Source: Elusimicrobiota bacterium (GTDB lineage Bacteria; Elusimicrobiota; Elusimicrobia; UBA1565). Taken from it: a stretch of 64,000 nt of DNA. A model generated the notes under the pieces. It made no database searches and was not told the origin of the DNA. It saw only the letters and a program-made list of their open reading frames with translations. The stretch covers positions 1-64,000 of the forward strand of contig JBDRPD010000062.1 of the NCBI GenBank assembly GCA_043827405.1, given 5' to 3'. Shown piece by piece: positions 31,977-41,270 of this stretch; positions within the stretch are counted from its first letter, which is position 1, and each line of letters begins with the position of its first letter. Position numbers and translations under genes: made by a program.

Positions 31977-32938
31977 AGCGGGCGCTGACGCTGATCGCGG
32001 CGGCCGCCGCGGCCCTGGGGCCGTTGGCGCCGCGGCATGCCAGCGCCTATGGAAAGGCCGACCGCGGTACGTCCGGCGCCGCTTTCCTGAAGCTGCCGCC
32101 GGGCGCCCGCCCCTCCGCCCTGGGCGAGGCCTATTCGGCCGTGGCCGATGACGTCTACGCGGTCTATTATAATCCCGCCGGACTGGCCCGGCTCGGCCGG
32201 TCTGAGCTCGCCGGGATGCATAATAAGCACTTCCAGGATACCAGCCATAATTTCGGCGCTGTCGCCGTGCCTTTGCTGTCCTGGGTCGATACCCGCCGTC
32301 CGCGTTACGAGTTCGGCGTCCTGGCGCTCTCCCTGACGAGCCTGTCGGTTGATGGTATCGAGCGGCGCGGCCTGGTCGAAAGCGACGAGCCGGAGGGGAC
32401 TTTCGGGGCGCGGGATTTTGTCTATACGCTGGGCTACGGCTATGCGGTAGGCGACCGTTTGTCGATCGGCGCGGCGGGCAAGTATATCTCCCAAACGCTT
32501 GATTCGTCCCGCGCCTCGGCCTTCGCCGTGGACGGCGGCACGCAGTACCGCGCCGGGCGTCTGCGCGCCGCCGCCGGCTGGCGCAACGGGGGCAGCGCCG
32601 TCAAGTTCCATTCCAGAGGCAATCCGCTGCCGTTTGAGGTCTACTTCGCCGGCGGCTATGCCTGGTCGGAGCGCTGGCTGGGCGTTGTGGAAGCGACTTT
32701 GCCGCGCGATGATTCGCCGGGTTTTGCCGCCGGCGTCGAATACCGGCGCGCGATAATGGAAGATCTTGACGGCGGCCTGCGGCTGGGCTACAACTCGGAG
32801 CATACCGCGGCCGACGGCCTGGGCGGAGTCACGGTGGGGCTGGGCTTAAGCTACGGGAAGACGGCTTTTGATTTCGCCTGGGTGCCCTACGGGGAACTGG
32901 GGAGTACCTTCCGCTATTCGGTCCGCGTCCGGTTTTAG
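31973..32938 (+). CDS. PorV/PorQ-like (UPF0164) outer-membrane beta-barrel, copy 2
   Basis: Paralog of 16800..17753 (GTSGAAFLKL...GEAYSAVADDVYAVYYNPAGL; FDFAWVPYGELGSTFRYS...F); ATGA overlap with giant 2. Confidence 0.85.
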   Translation: MKRALTLIAAAAAALGPLAPRHASAYGKADRGTSGAAFLKLPPGARPSALGEAYSAVADDVYAVYYNPAGLARLGRSELAGMHNKHFQDTSHNFGAVAVPLLSWVDTRRPRYEFGVLALSLTSLSVDGIERRGLVESDEPEGTFGARDFVYTLGYGYAVGDRLSIGAAGKYISQTLDSSRASAFAVDGGTQYRAGRLRAAAGWRNGGSAVKFHSRGNPLPFEVYFAGGYAWSERWLGVVEATLPRDDSPGFAAGVEYRRAIMEDLDGGLRLGYNSEHTAADGLGGVTVGLGLSYGKTAFDFAWVPYGELGSTFRYSVRVRF

Positions 32939-33465
32939 CGCTTCTTCTTTTCGCCCCACATCCGGTCGGCGCCGGTTTTGGCGGCGAAGGCGGCGCCCTG
33001 CAGGGACTTGCGCTCCTCGCGCATGCTGTTGATCTGCTCGGCGGCCTGGGTCTTGGAGTCCACCTCGGTCCATTCGGCGTCATCGGCCGCGCCCTTGGCG
33101 CCGTTTTTGCCGGCGGGGAGGTTGGATGCCGGCAAAGTCAGCGATTCCTTGCCGTTGTAGATGATCTTGTCTTTTTCAGTTTCCGAGGAGATCCGGATCG
33201 CGGAGACGATACCCTCGCCGTCCTTGGTCAGGCGGCCGTTAAGCACGGCCTGGCTAAGCGGGTCCTTGCCGAGGCTGAAATCGGATTTGGGGACTTCCTT
33301 AACCTCCACGTCCTTCTTCTCGGCCGCGGGTTTCTTGATGATCGGATTCGGCTTGCCGGTGCAGGTATTGGGCCAGAGGCAAATAGAGTACTTCCTGCCC
33401 TGCGCGCAGGCGTCGTCGGCGGTCAGGGTGAAGGTCAGGACGAAAAGGGCGATGGTTATCTTCAT
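32935..33465 (-). CDS. Hypothetical exported protein
   Basis: 176 aa; Sec-type signal peptide (MKITIALFVLTFTL...); charged, low-complexity body. Confidence 0.6.
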   Translation of the reverse strand: MKITIALFVLTFTLTADDACAQGRKYSICLWPNTCTGKPNPIIKKPAAEKKDVEVKEVPKSDFSLGKDPLSQAVLNGRLTKDGEGIVSAIRISSETEKDKIIYNGKESLTLPASNLPAGKNGAKGAADDAEWTEVDSKTQAAEQINSMREERKSLQGAAFAAKTGADRMWGEKKKR

Positions 33466-33560
33466 GCTCTTATGATAGCCGGAATGCCCACGGAGGAGAA
33501 GTGGCGGACGGCCTAAAAAGACGACCCGGCCTTGGACCTATTGGAAGTGGGACGAAGGGC

Positions 33561-34934
33561 CTATCTGGATTTTCTGATTTCGCGGCAGCCCGTCTTCTGG
33601 ATGGAGGTCGTGGTCTTGATTTGTCCCTTGCCGGGGCCGGCGCAGGCTTTGACATTATCCGGCGAGTAGATGGCGGTTTGATGGTAGGCTTTGAGGAATC
33701 TCACCGCCGCCTGGTCGCATTCTCCGCTCGTTTGGCCCGGCTTGCAGCCGGCGGCCGATACGGCGGCTCCCTGGGCCGCCGCTTCCGTGATGGAGAGCTG
33801 TACGCCGGGGGAGGTGATTCCGCTTTCGGCCTGGCCGCTGAGCAGACCCGACACCCGCTGCTTCATGTCAACGACGGACTCTCCCTGAGGATCGACGAGC
33901 TCCTTGGTCGCGCTGTCCTGTATGCCGCCGCGGTACTTCTCCTGCTGCTCGGACGTCATGTCGGTGTTGTAGTTCTTCGCGCGGGCCTGCGAAATATCGG
34001 GGGTGCCGCCGCCGTTCTGCGAGACGGCGGTAGGGGTGTTGTTGCCGGAGCCGTACGCCGTGGGCTCCGCGCCGCGGTTCTCGGTCTGCTCCGGCGTGCT
34101 CTTGATGTTGGCCAGGTTCTCGAGCGCCTGGTGGTGGCTCTGGTCGTCGGAGAGCACCTGATCGACCTGCTCCGGAGAAGGGTCGTTCCATAAATTATCA
34201 TTGCCTTCGGGATTCTGCGGAATATCCCAGGGGGCCGGCGGACCGACGAAGCCGGGGTCGCCGTACTGCAGCGGCTGCTGCCCTTTGGGGGCGTTCTCCG
34301 CGATCGTTTTATTGGCGAGCGCCGTGCCTTCCTTCTCGGCCGCCGCGAATGCGGCTTCCTGGTCCTGCTTCTGCTGCTGCTCCTGGTCCCAGGTTTTTCG
34401 GAAACTCTCGTTGATGTTGCCCAGGTCCAAAAGCATGCAGGAGTCGGCCGTTTCGACGCCGACGATGGTCGGGGGTTCGCCGCCGTCGGTCTGGAACCTG
34501 AAGATGCCGGGATACAGTTTCGAGAGCACCTCGAGGTCCTGCATGTCCTGGGTGCAGGCGGTCTTTGAGCAGTCGATATTGACCGGGGCATTCGGGATGT
34601 CAAGATGCTCCGCGTTCGCCAGATATTCGAGCCGGCTGGCGCTGAAGCCCCATTTGTTGAGTTTGTCCACAACCGCAGGATGTTCTTTCGAATAGGCCAT
34701 GGCAAGCGGGGGGTCTTTCGGGTCGGGCGTCTTGGGCGGAAATGAGAACCTGCCGAGGGAGTCAGGGTTGAAGCCCGGCATATCGGAGGTAAGAGTCATG
34801 CCGTCAGCCGGCAAGCCGGCATTCGCTTCTGCGGTTTCTTCCGGCAGCGGCGGATCGGCCGACGCGATAGGCGGAAAAGCCAGGGCCAGAGCCAGGCTGA
34901 AGAGCGGAAAGAGCTTAAAAATATTGGCTTTCAT
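33561..34934 (-). CDS. Hypothetical exported protein, acidic/Pro-rich with paired Cys
   Basis: 457 aa; signal peptide (MKANIFKLFPLFSLALALAFPPIASA); Cys pairs; preferred over the antisense ORFs. Confidence 0.7.
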   Translation of the reverse strand: MKANIFKLFPLFSLALALAFPPIASADPPLPEETAEANAGLPADGMTLTSDMPGFNPDSLGRFSFPPKTPDPKDPPLAMAYSKEHPAVVDKLNKWGFSASRLEYLANAEHLDIPNAPVNIDCSKTACTQDMQDLEVLSKLYPGIFRFQTDGGEPPTIVGVETADSCMLLDLGNINESFRKTWDQEQQQKQDQEAAFAAAEKEGTALANKTIAENAPKGQQPLQYGDPGFVGPPAPWDIPQNPEGNDNLWNDPSPEQVDQVLSDDQSHHQALENLANIKSTPEQTENRGAEPTAYGSGNNTPTAVSQNGGGTPDISQARAKNYNTDMTSEQQEKYRGGIQDSATKELVDPQGESVVDMKQRVSGLLSGQAESGITSPGVQLSITEAAAQGAAVSAAGCKPGQTSGECDQAAVRFLKAYHQTAIYSPDNVKACAGPGKGQIKTTTSIQKTGCREIRKSR

Positions 34935-34975
34935 GGCGCTTCCGTCAATAGTATAGCCGGATTACTGGCCGCCGC

Positions 34976-35015
34976 AAGGTCTAAAGTCCTAGACGTCAAT
35001 AGGCCTTAGGACCCA
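34976..35015. promoter_or_regulatory. Two 7-2-7 imperfect palindromes, candidate NarL/LuxR-type operator boxes
   Basis: AAGGTCT-AA-AGTCCTA (34976-34991) and TAGGCCT-TA-GGACCCA (35000-35015) in a divergent promoter region. Confidence 0.4.
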
Positions 35016-35040
35016 GATTATTATATCATAGAATGCGCCA

Positions 35041-35071
35041 TTGAAAAGCCACCGCGCTTTTGGTATATATT
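35041..35071 (+). promoter_or_regulatory. Sigma70-type promoter of the pgm-eno cluster
   Basis: TTGAAA (35041-35046), 17-nt spacer, TGn-TATATA(TT); ATG at 35078. Confidence 0.55.
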
Positions 35072-35077
35072 CCCACT

Positions 35078-36556
35078 ATGGCAATCGAATTTGGCACCTC
35101 CGGCTGGCGCGCCGTCCTGTCTGAAGATTTTACTTTTGATAATGTTCGCAAGCTTATTCACGCAATATCCGGGCACATTAAGGAGCACCCTTTATACGGC
35201 TACCATGGGCAGGAGTACTTCGCTCATGTGGGGGAGAAAGCCGCCAAGGACGCGCCCCTGGTGGTCATCGGCTACGATCCGCGTTTTATGGGGGAGAAGT
35301 TCGCCCTGGAGGCGGCCGAGGTGTTCGCCGCCGCCGGGGTGCGAGTCATCCTGTCGGACCAGGACACTCCGACTCCCGCCGTCGCCTGGAATGTCCTCGA
35401 AGAGGGCGCCGTCGGCGGCATCGTCGTGACGGCGAGCCACAACCCGGGCAACTACAACGGCATCAAGTGGACGCCGTTCTGGGGCGGGCCGGCGACTGTG
35501 GATGTGACCGAGGATATCGAGCGGCGCATCAGCATTGTGGGCCACCACAATATCCGGATGATGGCTTACGATAAGGCCGAGCGCGACGGCTGGATCACCC
35601 GCAAGGACTTCCGCGGCGGCTACTTCAAGCAGCTGCGCAAGATGCTCGACATTGACAAGATCAAGGCGGCCAAGCTGCGCATCGGCGTCGACGCCATGAA
35701 CGGCGCCGCGCGGCACTACCTGCGGCCGTTCCTTGAGAGCATCGGTCTCACGGTCGAGGCCATCAACGAAGAGCGCGACGTCACGTTTCAGGGGCATTCG
35801 CCCGAGCCGACGCCGGAGCGTCTCGAGCGGCTCGCCGCGCTGATGAAGAAAAAGAATCTCCAGCTGGGCCTCGCCTGCGACGGCGACGCCGACCGCTTCG
35901 GCGTCCTCGACGAGGGCGGCGCTTGGATCTCCGCCAACGAGGTGCTGGCCCTGACCCTGCATCACCTCATAACCTACCGCCGGCAGACGGGAGGGGTGGC
36001 GCGCAGCCTGATGACCTCGCATTTTGTCGACGCCGTCGCCAAGAGCCGCCAGCTGCGCGTCCGGGAGACTCCGGTCGGCTTCAAGCATATCGGCGAGCTC
36101 CTGCGCACGGGCGATTTTATCCTCGGCGGCGAAGAGTCCGGCGGGCTTTCGATTCGCGGGCATGTGCCGGAGAAAGACGGCATCCTCGCCTGCCTGCTGA
36201 TGGCCGAACTGACGGCTTACGCGAAGAAGCCGCTGGCCAAGGTGCGCGACAGCCTGTTCAAGGATCTGGGGCATTTCTGCAACTCCCGGCTGAACTTCGA
36301 GCTGAGCAGTCCAAAGATGGCCAAGGAGCTGCGCGACCGCCTGACGCAGAAGCCGCCGCTCAATATCGCTGGGACTTCGGTATGGCGCATAGACCACACC
36401 GACGGCTTTAAGTTTATTCTCAAGGACGGGCGCTGGATGGGCCTGCGCCTGTCGGGTACCGAGCCCGTCGTTCGGCTCTACGCCGAAGCCTTCGACCCGA
36501 AGGGGCTGAAGTCGCTGGTTGATGACGGCCGGAAGATTATCATGGGGAAAAAATAA
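35078..36556 (+). CDS. pgm: Phosphoglucomutase/phosphomannomutase family protein
   Basis: FGTSGWR, TASHNP phosphoserine loop, DGDADR metal loop, GEESG, RLSGTEP. Confidence 0.92.
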   Translation: MAIEFGTSGWRAVLSEDFTFDNVRKLIHAISGHIKEHPLYGYHGQEYFAHVGEKAAKDAPLVVIGYDPRFMGEKFALEAAEVFAAAGVRVILSDQDTPTPAVAWNVLEEGAVGGIVVTASHNPGNYNGIKWTPFWGGPATVDVTEDIERRISIVGHHNIRMMAYDKAERDGWITRKDFRGGYFKQLRKMLDIDKIKAAKLRIGVDAMNGAARHYLRPFLESIGLTVEAINEERDVTFQGHSPEPTPERLERLAALMKKKNLQLGLACDGDADRFGVLDEGGAWISANEVLALTLHHLITYRRQTGGVARSLMTSHFVDAVAKSRQLRVRETPVGFKHIGELLRTGDFILGGEESGGLSIRGHVPEKDGILACLLMAELTAYAKKPLAKVRDSLFKDLGHFCNSRLNFELSSPKMAKELRDRLTQKPPLNIAGTSVWRIDHTDGFKFILKDGRWMGLRLSGTEPVVRLYAEAFDPKGLKSLVDDGRKIIMGKK

Positions 36557-36557
36557 T

Positions 36558-37850
36558 ATGGCCAAGATCAAGGATGTCCGGGCGCGTGAGATTCTGGATT
36601 CCCGGGGGTTCCCGACGCTGGAAGCCGAGATCGTTCTGGAGGACGGCGCCATCGGCCGGGCCGCGGTGCCCAGCGGCGCGTCCACCGGCGAGCACGAGGC
36701 GGTGGAGCTGCGGGACAAGGATAAGTCGAGATTTTTGGGCAAAGGCGTCCGGCAGGCGGTGGAAAACGTCGTGCAGGTGCTCGGCCCGGCGGTCAAGAGC
36801 ATGGACGCCGCCGACCAGGTGGGGATCGACGAGACCATCATCGGGCTCGACGGCTCGTCCAATAAGGGCAAGCTGGGCGCCAACGCGCTCCTTGGGGTCT
36901 CCATGGCGGCGGCGCGCGCCGCGGCGGCGAGCTCCGGCACGCCGCTCTATATCCATCTGCGCAAAGCTTTTAATATCAAGCACGAGGAGTTTCTGCTGCC
37001 GGCGCCGATGCTCAACATCATCAACGGCGGCAAGCACGCCGACAGCGGCCTCGACGTCCAGGAGTTCATGATCGTCCCGACCGACGCCGCGGACTTCCCG
37101 GAGGCCCTGCGCATGGGCGCCGAGATTTATCAGCACCTCAAAATGCTGCTCAAGGCGCGGAACCATTCGGTGGCCGTCGGCGACGAGGGCGGTTTCGCGC
37201 CGCACCTGAACTCGCACGACGAAGCGCTCGAAATCGTGCTCGAGGCCATCCAGAAGGCCGGCTACGAGGGCCGCGTCCAGCTGGCGCTCGATGCGGCGGC
37301 CAGCGAGTTCTTCAAGGTCGGAAAGTACCAGTTTGAGGGCCAGGCGCGGACGGCGGCGGAGATGAACGAGATCTACGCGCGCTGGGTCGCGCATCATCCG
37401 ATCATCTCCCTGGAGGATCCCCTGGCGGAAGACGACTGGGACGGCTGGAAGGCGCTGACCGCCAAGATCGGCGATAAGACGCGGATCATCGGCGACGATA
37501 TCTTCGTGACCAACCTCGAGCGGCTCGGGCGCGGCATCGAGGAGAAGTCGGCGAACTCGATCCTCATCAAGCTCAATCAGATCGGTACGGTCATGGAGAC
37601 GGTGCATGCCGTGCTCAAGGCGCACGGGGCGGGCTTCATGTCGGTTATCTCTCACCGTTCGGGCGAGACGGAGGATCCGTTTATCGCGGACCTCGCCGTC
37701 GCGCTCAACGCCGGCGCCATCAAGACCGGCGCGCCCTGCCGCTCCGAGCGGCTCGCGAAGTACAACCAGCTCCTGCGCATCCATGACGAGCTCGGCGATA
37801 AGGCCGTGTTCGCCCGGGACCGAGCCTTCCGCGCAGGAGTGCATGCCTAA
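36558..37850 (+). CDS. eno: Enolase (phosphopyruvate hydratase)
   Basis: AREILDSRG, VPSGASTG, GDEGGFAP, ILIKLNQIGT, SHRSGETED, RSERLAKYNQL. Confidence 0.98.
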   Translation: MAKIKDVRAREILDSRGFPTLEAEIVLEDGAIGRAAVPSGASTGEHEAVELRDKDKSRFLGKGVRQAVENVVQVLGPAVKSMDAADQVGIDETIIGLDGSSNKGKLGANALLGVSMAAARAAAASSGTPLYIHLRKAFNIKHEEFLLPAPMLNIINGGKHADSGLDVQEFMIVPTDAADFPEALRMGAEIYQHLKMLLKARNHSVAVGDEGGFAPHLNSHDEALEIVLEAIQKAGYEGRVQLALDAAASEFFKVGKYQFEGQARTAAEMNEIYARWVAHHPIISLEDPLAEDDWDGWKALTAKIGDKTRIIGDDIFVTNLERLGRGIEEKSANSILIKLNQIGTVMETVHAVLKAHGAGFMSVISHRSGETEDPFIADLAVALNAGAIKTGAPCRSERLAKYNQLLRIHDELGDKAVFARDRAFRAGVHA

Positions 37851-38220
37851 ACGCCGCCGCCATCTAAAGACGGCTAATGGGGGCGTAAGCAGGCGGCCGG
37901 CGGCGCGCGGCACCGCGGTCGGCGGCTGGTTTGCGCGCATCCCCCGCCGCTGGCTCTACGCCGCTGCCGCTGCTGCCGCCGCCGCTCTGCTGTTGGGAAA
38001 CCAAGGCTTCCGGACTGTGGTCAAGAATACTTTGCTGCTGCGCCGCATCCACCGGGAGCTGGCGCTGGAGAAAGAGGATGCGCGGCAGCTGGAACGCTCG
38101 ATCAAGGCGGTGAGCAGCGATGATCGCGCGCTCGAGCGGGCCGTACGCAAGGAGCTGGGCTATCTTAAGCCGGGTGAAGTCGAGTACCGCTTCCCGCCGC
38201 CCAGCGCAAAAAACAAATAA
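37843..38220 (+). CDS. ftsB: FtsB/DivIC-family septum formation initiator
   Basis: Basic N-terminus, TM segment, coiled coil, ERAVRKELGYLKPGE motif; eno-ftsB adjacency is a common gene order. Confidence 0.75.
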   Translation: MPKRRRHLKTANGGVSRRPAARGTAVGGWFARIPRRWLYAAAAAAAAALLLGNQGFRTVVKNTLLLRRIHRELALEKEDARQLERSIKAVSSDDRALERAVRKELGYLKPGEVEYRFPPPSAKNK

Positions 38221-38230
38221 CCATAACGAC

Positions 38231-38304
38231 TGGTACCGGTTTTTAACTTTAACTTTGTTGTGGATAGTTATCCCCATGTAAGTTAAAGTTAAAAAACGGT
38301 ACCA
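38231..38304. promoter_or_regulatory. 74-bp AT-rich palindrome centred on two back-to-back DnaA-box-like 9-mers
   Basis: Outer arms 38231-38255/38280-38304 pair at 24 of 25 positions; centre TGTGGATAG|TTATCCCCA, each one mismatch from the TTATCCACA box. Confidence 0.65.
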
Positions 38305-38314
38305 TTGAGCTATT

Positions 38315-39097
38315 GTGTTTCCGACTCTGTTTCGAATAGGCGATTTTCAAGTGGCGACCTATGGTCTGCTGGTCGCCGCCGGCTATCTGGCCGGCATCGC
38401 CTGGCTGAGCGCGCAGCGCCGGAACATGGAGCTGAGCGAGGAGCGGTTCTGGAACCTCATCTACGTCCTCTTTTTCGGCGCTATCGTCGGCGGCAAGCTC
38501 CTCTACTGGGCCGTTTCCTGGCGCGATATCCTCAACGGCGACCTGCGGCTGATCCGCGATATCCGTTTCGGCTTCGTCTACTTCGGCGGCCTGCTCGGCG
38601 TCTTCGCGGCCGGCGTCTGGTACAAGCGGCGGCACAATCTGGTCTTCATGAAGATCGCGGACTACTTCTCGACCGCGCTGCCGGTCGGGCATGCGATCGG
38701 ACGGCTCGGCTGCTTCATGGCCGGCTGCTGCGCGGGGCGGCCGACCGAGATGCCCTGGGGCGTGCGCTTCACGCATCCGGCCAGCCTGGTCCATCATGCC
38801 CTGCGCGGCACGCCCCTGCATCCGACCCAGCTCTACGAGGCCGGCGCCAATATCCTGATCGCCGTGCTCCTGTACCGCTTGCTGGGCAGGGTGCGTACGG
38901 GCCGGCTCGCCCAGGGGACCGTCTTCGTTACCTACCTGGCGCTGTACTCCGTCGCCCGTTTTGTTATTGAGTTCTTCCGCGGCGACGACCGGGGCGGGGA
39001 ATTGCTCGCCTTGTCGCCGTCGCAGTGGATCGCGCTCGGTACCGTCGCGGCGGCCGCTTACCTGTATAAATTCCACCGCGGACGGAGCGGGGCATGA
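38315..39097 (+). CDS. lgt: Prolipoprotein diacylglyceryl transferase
   Basis: TYGL, GRLGCF..GCC, HPTQLYE and RFVIEFFR motifs; polytopic membrane protein. Confidence 0.92.
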   Translation: MFPTLFRIGDFQVATYGLLVAAGYLAGIAWLSAQRRNMELSEERFWNLIYVLFFGAIVGGKLLYWAVSWRDILNGDLRLIRDIRFGFVYFGGLLGVFAAGVWYKRRHNLVFMKIADYFSTALPVGHAIGRLGCFMAGCCAGRPTEMPWGVRFTHPASLVHHALRGTPLHPTQLYEAGANILIAVLLYRLLGRVRTGRLAQGTVFVTYLALYSVARFVIEFFRGDDRGGELLALSPSQWIALGTVAAAAYLYKFHRGRSGA

Positions 39098-40035
39098 AGA
39101 ACGAGCGCCTGACCGTGGGCACCAGCGGCGTGCGGCTCGACCGCTTTCTGGCCATGCGTTTTTCCGGCTACAGCCGCTCCTTCTGCAAGGACCTGGTAAA
39201 CACCGAGCGCGTCACCGTGGACGGCCTTAAGCGGCCTCCGGATTACCGCCTGACCTGCGGCGAGGTCGTGCGGGTGCGCATCGGCCTGCCCGTCTGGGAC
39301 GAGCCCGACTTTGATAAATGGGTTATTTACGAGGACCGGGACCTGCTGGCGCTCAATAAGCCGGCCGGCATCCTGACGCACCCCGTGGGCGAGACCTGGC
39401 TCAACCGTTCCGATGCCGTGCTGGACGCTCCCGAGCCGACGGTCGCGGGCCTGCTGTGGAAGTGCCGGCCCGAGATCCGCCGTTCCAATGTCGAGCGCTG
39501 CGGGATCGTGCACCGTCTCGACCGGCGCACCAGCGGCGTCATTCTCGCCGCCAAGCGCGTCCCCGCGCAGAAGAATCTGCTGCAGGCGTTCCGGGAGCGG
39601 AGGGTCGCCAAGGTTTATCGCGCCGTCGTGCTGGGCCATCCGGAGCGGATAGATATCGACGCGCCGATCGGCCGCGCGCCGGGCCGCCGGCGCGTGCAGG
39701 TATCGCAGTGGGGACGGGAGGCGAGCACCCGCATCAAGACCATCGCTTTCGCCCGCGGGATGAGCGTGGTGCAGGCTGAGCCGCGGACCGGCCGTACCCA
39801 TCAGATCCGCGCCCACCTGGCGCATTTGGGATATCCGGTGGCCGGGGATGGCGAATGGTTCTGCGCGCCGGAGCTCAAGAGGCTGGCCGAGCTGGGCCAT
39901 GAGCCGCCCGAGCGCATGCTGCTGCACTCCTACCGGGTGCGTTTGTGGCATCCCGTTACCGGCGAGCGGGCTTCCTTCACCGCGCCGATTCCCCAGGACT
40001 TCCGCGACTACTGGGAAGCCGTGGTCGGGCTTTAG
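39094..40035 (+). CDS. RluA/RluD-family RNA pseudouridine synthase with S4 domain
   Basis: RLDRFLA S4 domain, NKPAG, catalytic HRLDRRTSG, TGRTHQIR, LHSY. Confidence 0.92.
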   Translation: MKNERLTVGTSGVRLDRFLAMRFSGYSRSFCKDLVNTERVTVDGLKRPPDYRLTCGEVVRVRIGLPVWDEPDFDKWVIYEDRDLLALNKPAGILTHPVGETWLNRSDAVLDAPEPTVAGLLWKCRPEIRRSNVERCGIVHRLDRRTSGVILAAKRVPAQKNLLQAFRERRVAKVYRAVVLGHPERIDIDAPIGRAPGRRRVQVSQWGREASTRIKTIAFARGMSVVQAEPRTGRTHQIRAHLAHLGYPVAGDGEWFCAPELKRLAELGHEPPERMLLHSYRVRLWHPVTGERASFTAPIPQDFRDYWEAVVGL

Positions 40036-40067
40036 CCGGGCGCCGCCGAGGCCTCTCAGGATATGCG

Positions 40068-40403
40068 TTATCTTCTGACTTCGATCCCGTTTTCCCGGGC
40101 TGCCGCCAGAAGATCTTCCAGCGAGAAATCCTCGCAGAGGGCGGCCTTCTCCATGAAGGGGACAAACCAGCCGAAACCGTAGCGCTTGATCTCCGCGACC
40201 GTATCGTTGTAGCGCAGCAGGGAGCGCGGATCGAAGTTGGCCTGTCCATTATAATCGCCGCCGAACAGTATCGGCCGGTCCAGGCTGGCGGGATCGAAGC
40301 CCAGGCTGAACGCCTTCGCGTAGTAGAACTGAAGCGGGAGTTCCGCGGGCCGATACCAGCCGGGCTCCTTTCCTCGGCTGTTCAAGACGCCCTCTCGCGG
40401 CAC
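40068..40403 (-). CDS. Hypothetical protein (start uncertain)
   Basis: The C-terminal ~110 aa of the ORF has protein-like composition; GTG at 40403 with a TACAAT-like -10 upstream. Confidence 0.45.
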   Translation of the reverse strand: MPREGVLNSRGKEPGWYRPAELPLQFYYAKAFSLGFDPASLDRPILFGGDYNGQANFDPRSLLRYNDTVAEIKRYGFGWFVPFMEKAALCEDFSLEDLLAAARENGIEVRR

Positions 40404-40519
40404 GGGAATCCGATCATGCCGCGATTGTACTAGATTGGTCGGATCGCCGATGACGCAAATTAGCGGACGAAGATATATAATGCTCGCCGCCAATAATCCG
40501 TGCCGCGGAGGCAATAGGT

Positions 40520-40831
40520 ATGCCGAGCAAACTGATAGCGCTTTTGGAGTCGGCTCTCGCTTATCGCGCGATCCAGGGACTCCTCTTTTTGCCGACCCTG
40601 ACGATGGTCGTCCTTCAGACTTTTGCCGCTGCCGGAGAAATCCGCGGCGCCGGCATGGGCGGCGGCGCCTTTCCCGTCGCCGCGCTCGGCCGCGCCGCGT
40701 GGGTTGTCGTCTGCATCGCGCCGATCAAGGAGATCTATGAGGCCAACTTTGTTCGCAGGAACGCGCCGCGGATCCTGCCGATGCTCCCGGCCTTCGTCTG
40801 CCTGATAATGGCTGTCGCTGTCTTTTTTTAG
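40520..40831 (+). CDS. Small hypothetical membrane protein
   Basis: GGAGG ribosome-binding site; 103 aa with about three hydrophobic segments. Confidence 0.5.
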   Translation: MPSKLIALLESALAYRAIQGLLFLPTLTMVVLQTFAAAGEIRGAGMGGGAFPVAALGRAAWVVVCIAPIKEIYEANFVRRNAPRILPMLPAFVCLIMAVAVFF

Positions 40832-40859
40832 CGATCCCACGTGATTCGTGGGTCTTGTC

Positions 40860-41201
40860 TCAGCGGCCGAAATAGCTCTTGATTTTGCCGGCGAGGCGCC
40901 GGCCTTCGCGCCAGCCCAAGACTATCCCGACCAGGGCTCCGAGGGTGAATGCCGCCGCCTCGATCGTCGCCGTCGTCGCGGAGCCCGTGTCGACGCCCTG
41001 CACGTCGGCGAAGAGGTAGCCGACGACCAGCCCCAGGACGCCGAAGCAAAAGGCGCCGGCGCTCGCGACCGCCGGTACGAGAAAAGCCGCGAGCGCGTCC
41101 TGGCGGCGCCCCGCGACGAGATAGGCTAACGCCAGCAAGGCACCGGCGCCGGGAGCGAGGAGGATGCCGCCCATGATGGCGAGGGGAATGGTCTGATTCA
41201 T
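40860..41201 (-). CDS. Small hypothetical membrane protein
   Basis: From ATG 41201, 113 aa with three TM-like segments. Confidence 0.55.
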   Translation of the reverse strand: MNQTIPLAIMGGILLAPGAGALLALAYLVAGRRQDALAAFLVPAVASAGAFCFGVLGLVVGYLFADVQGVDTGSATTATIEAAAFTLGALVGIVLGWREGRRLAGKIKSYFGR

Positions 41202-41270
41202 CTCAGGGCCTGCGATACTAAACCAAAAATGATAAAAATGGAGAAGAGCCGCAGCGCAAAGGAGCGAGCC

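Noticed and set aside
38231..38304. oriC
   Set aside because: Only two imperfect boxes, no dnaA/dnaN neighbourhood and no clear DnaA-trio or DUE; left as an unexplained site.
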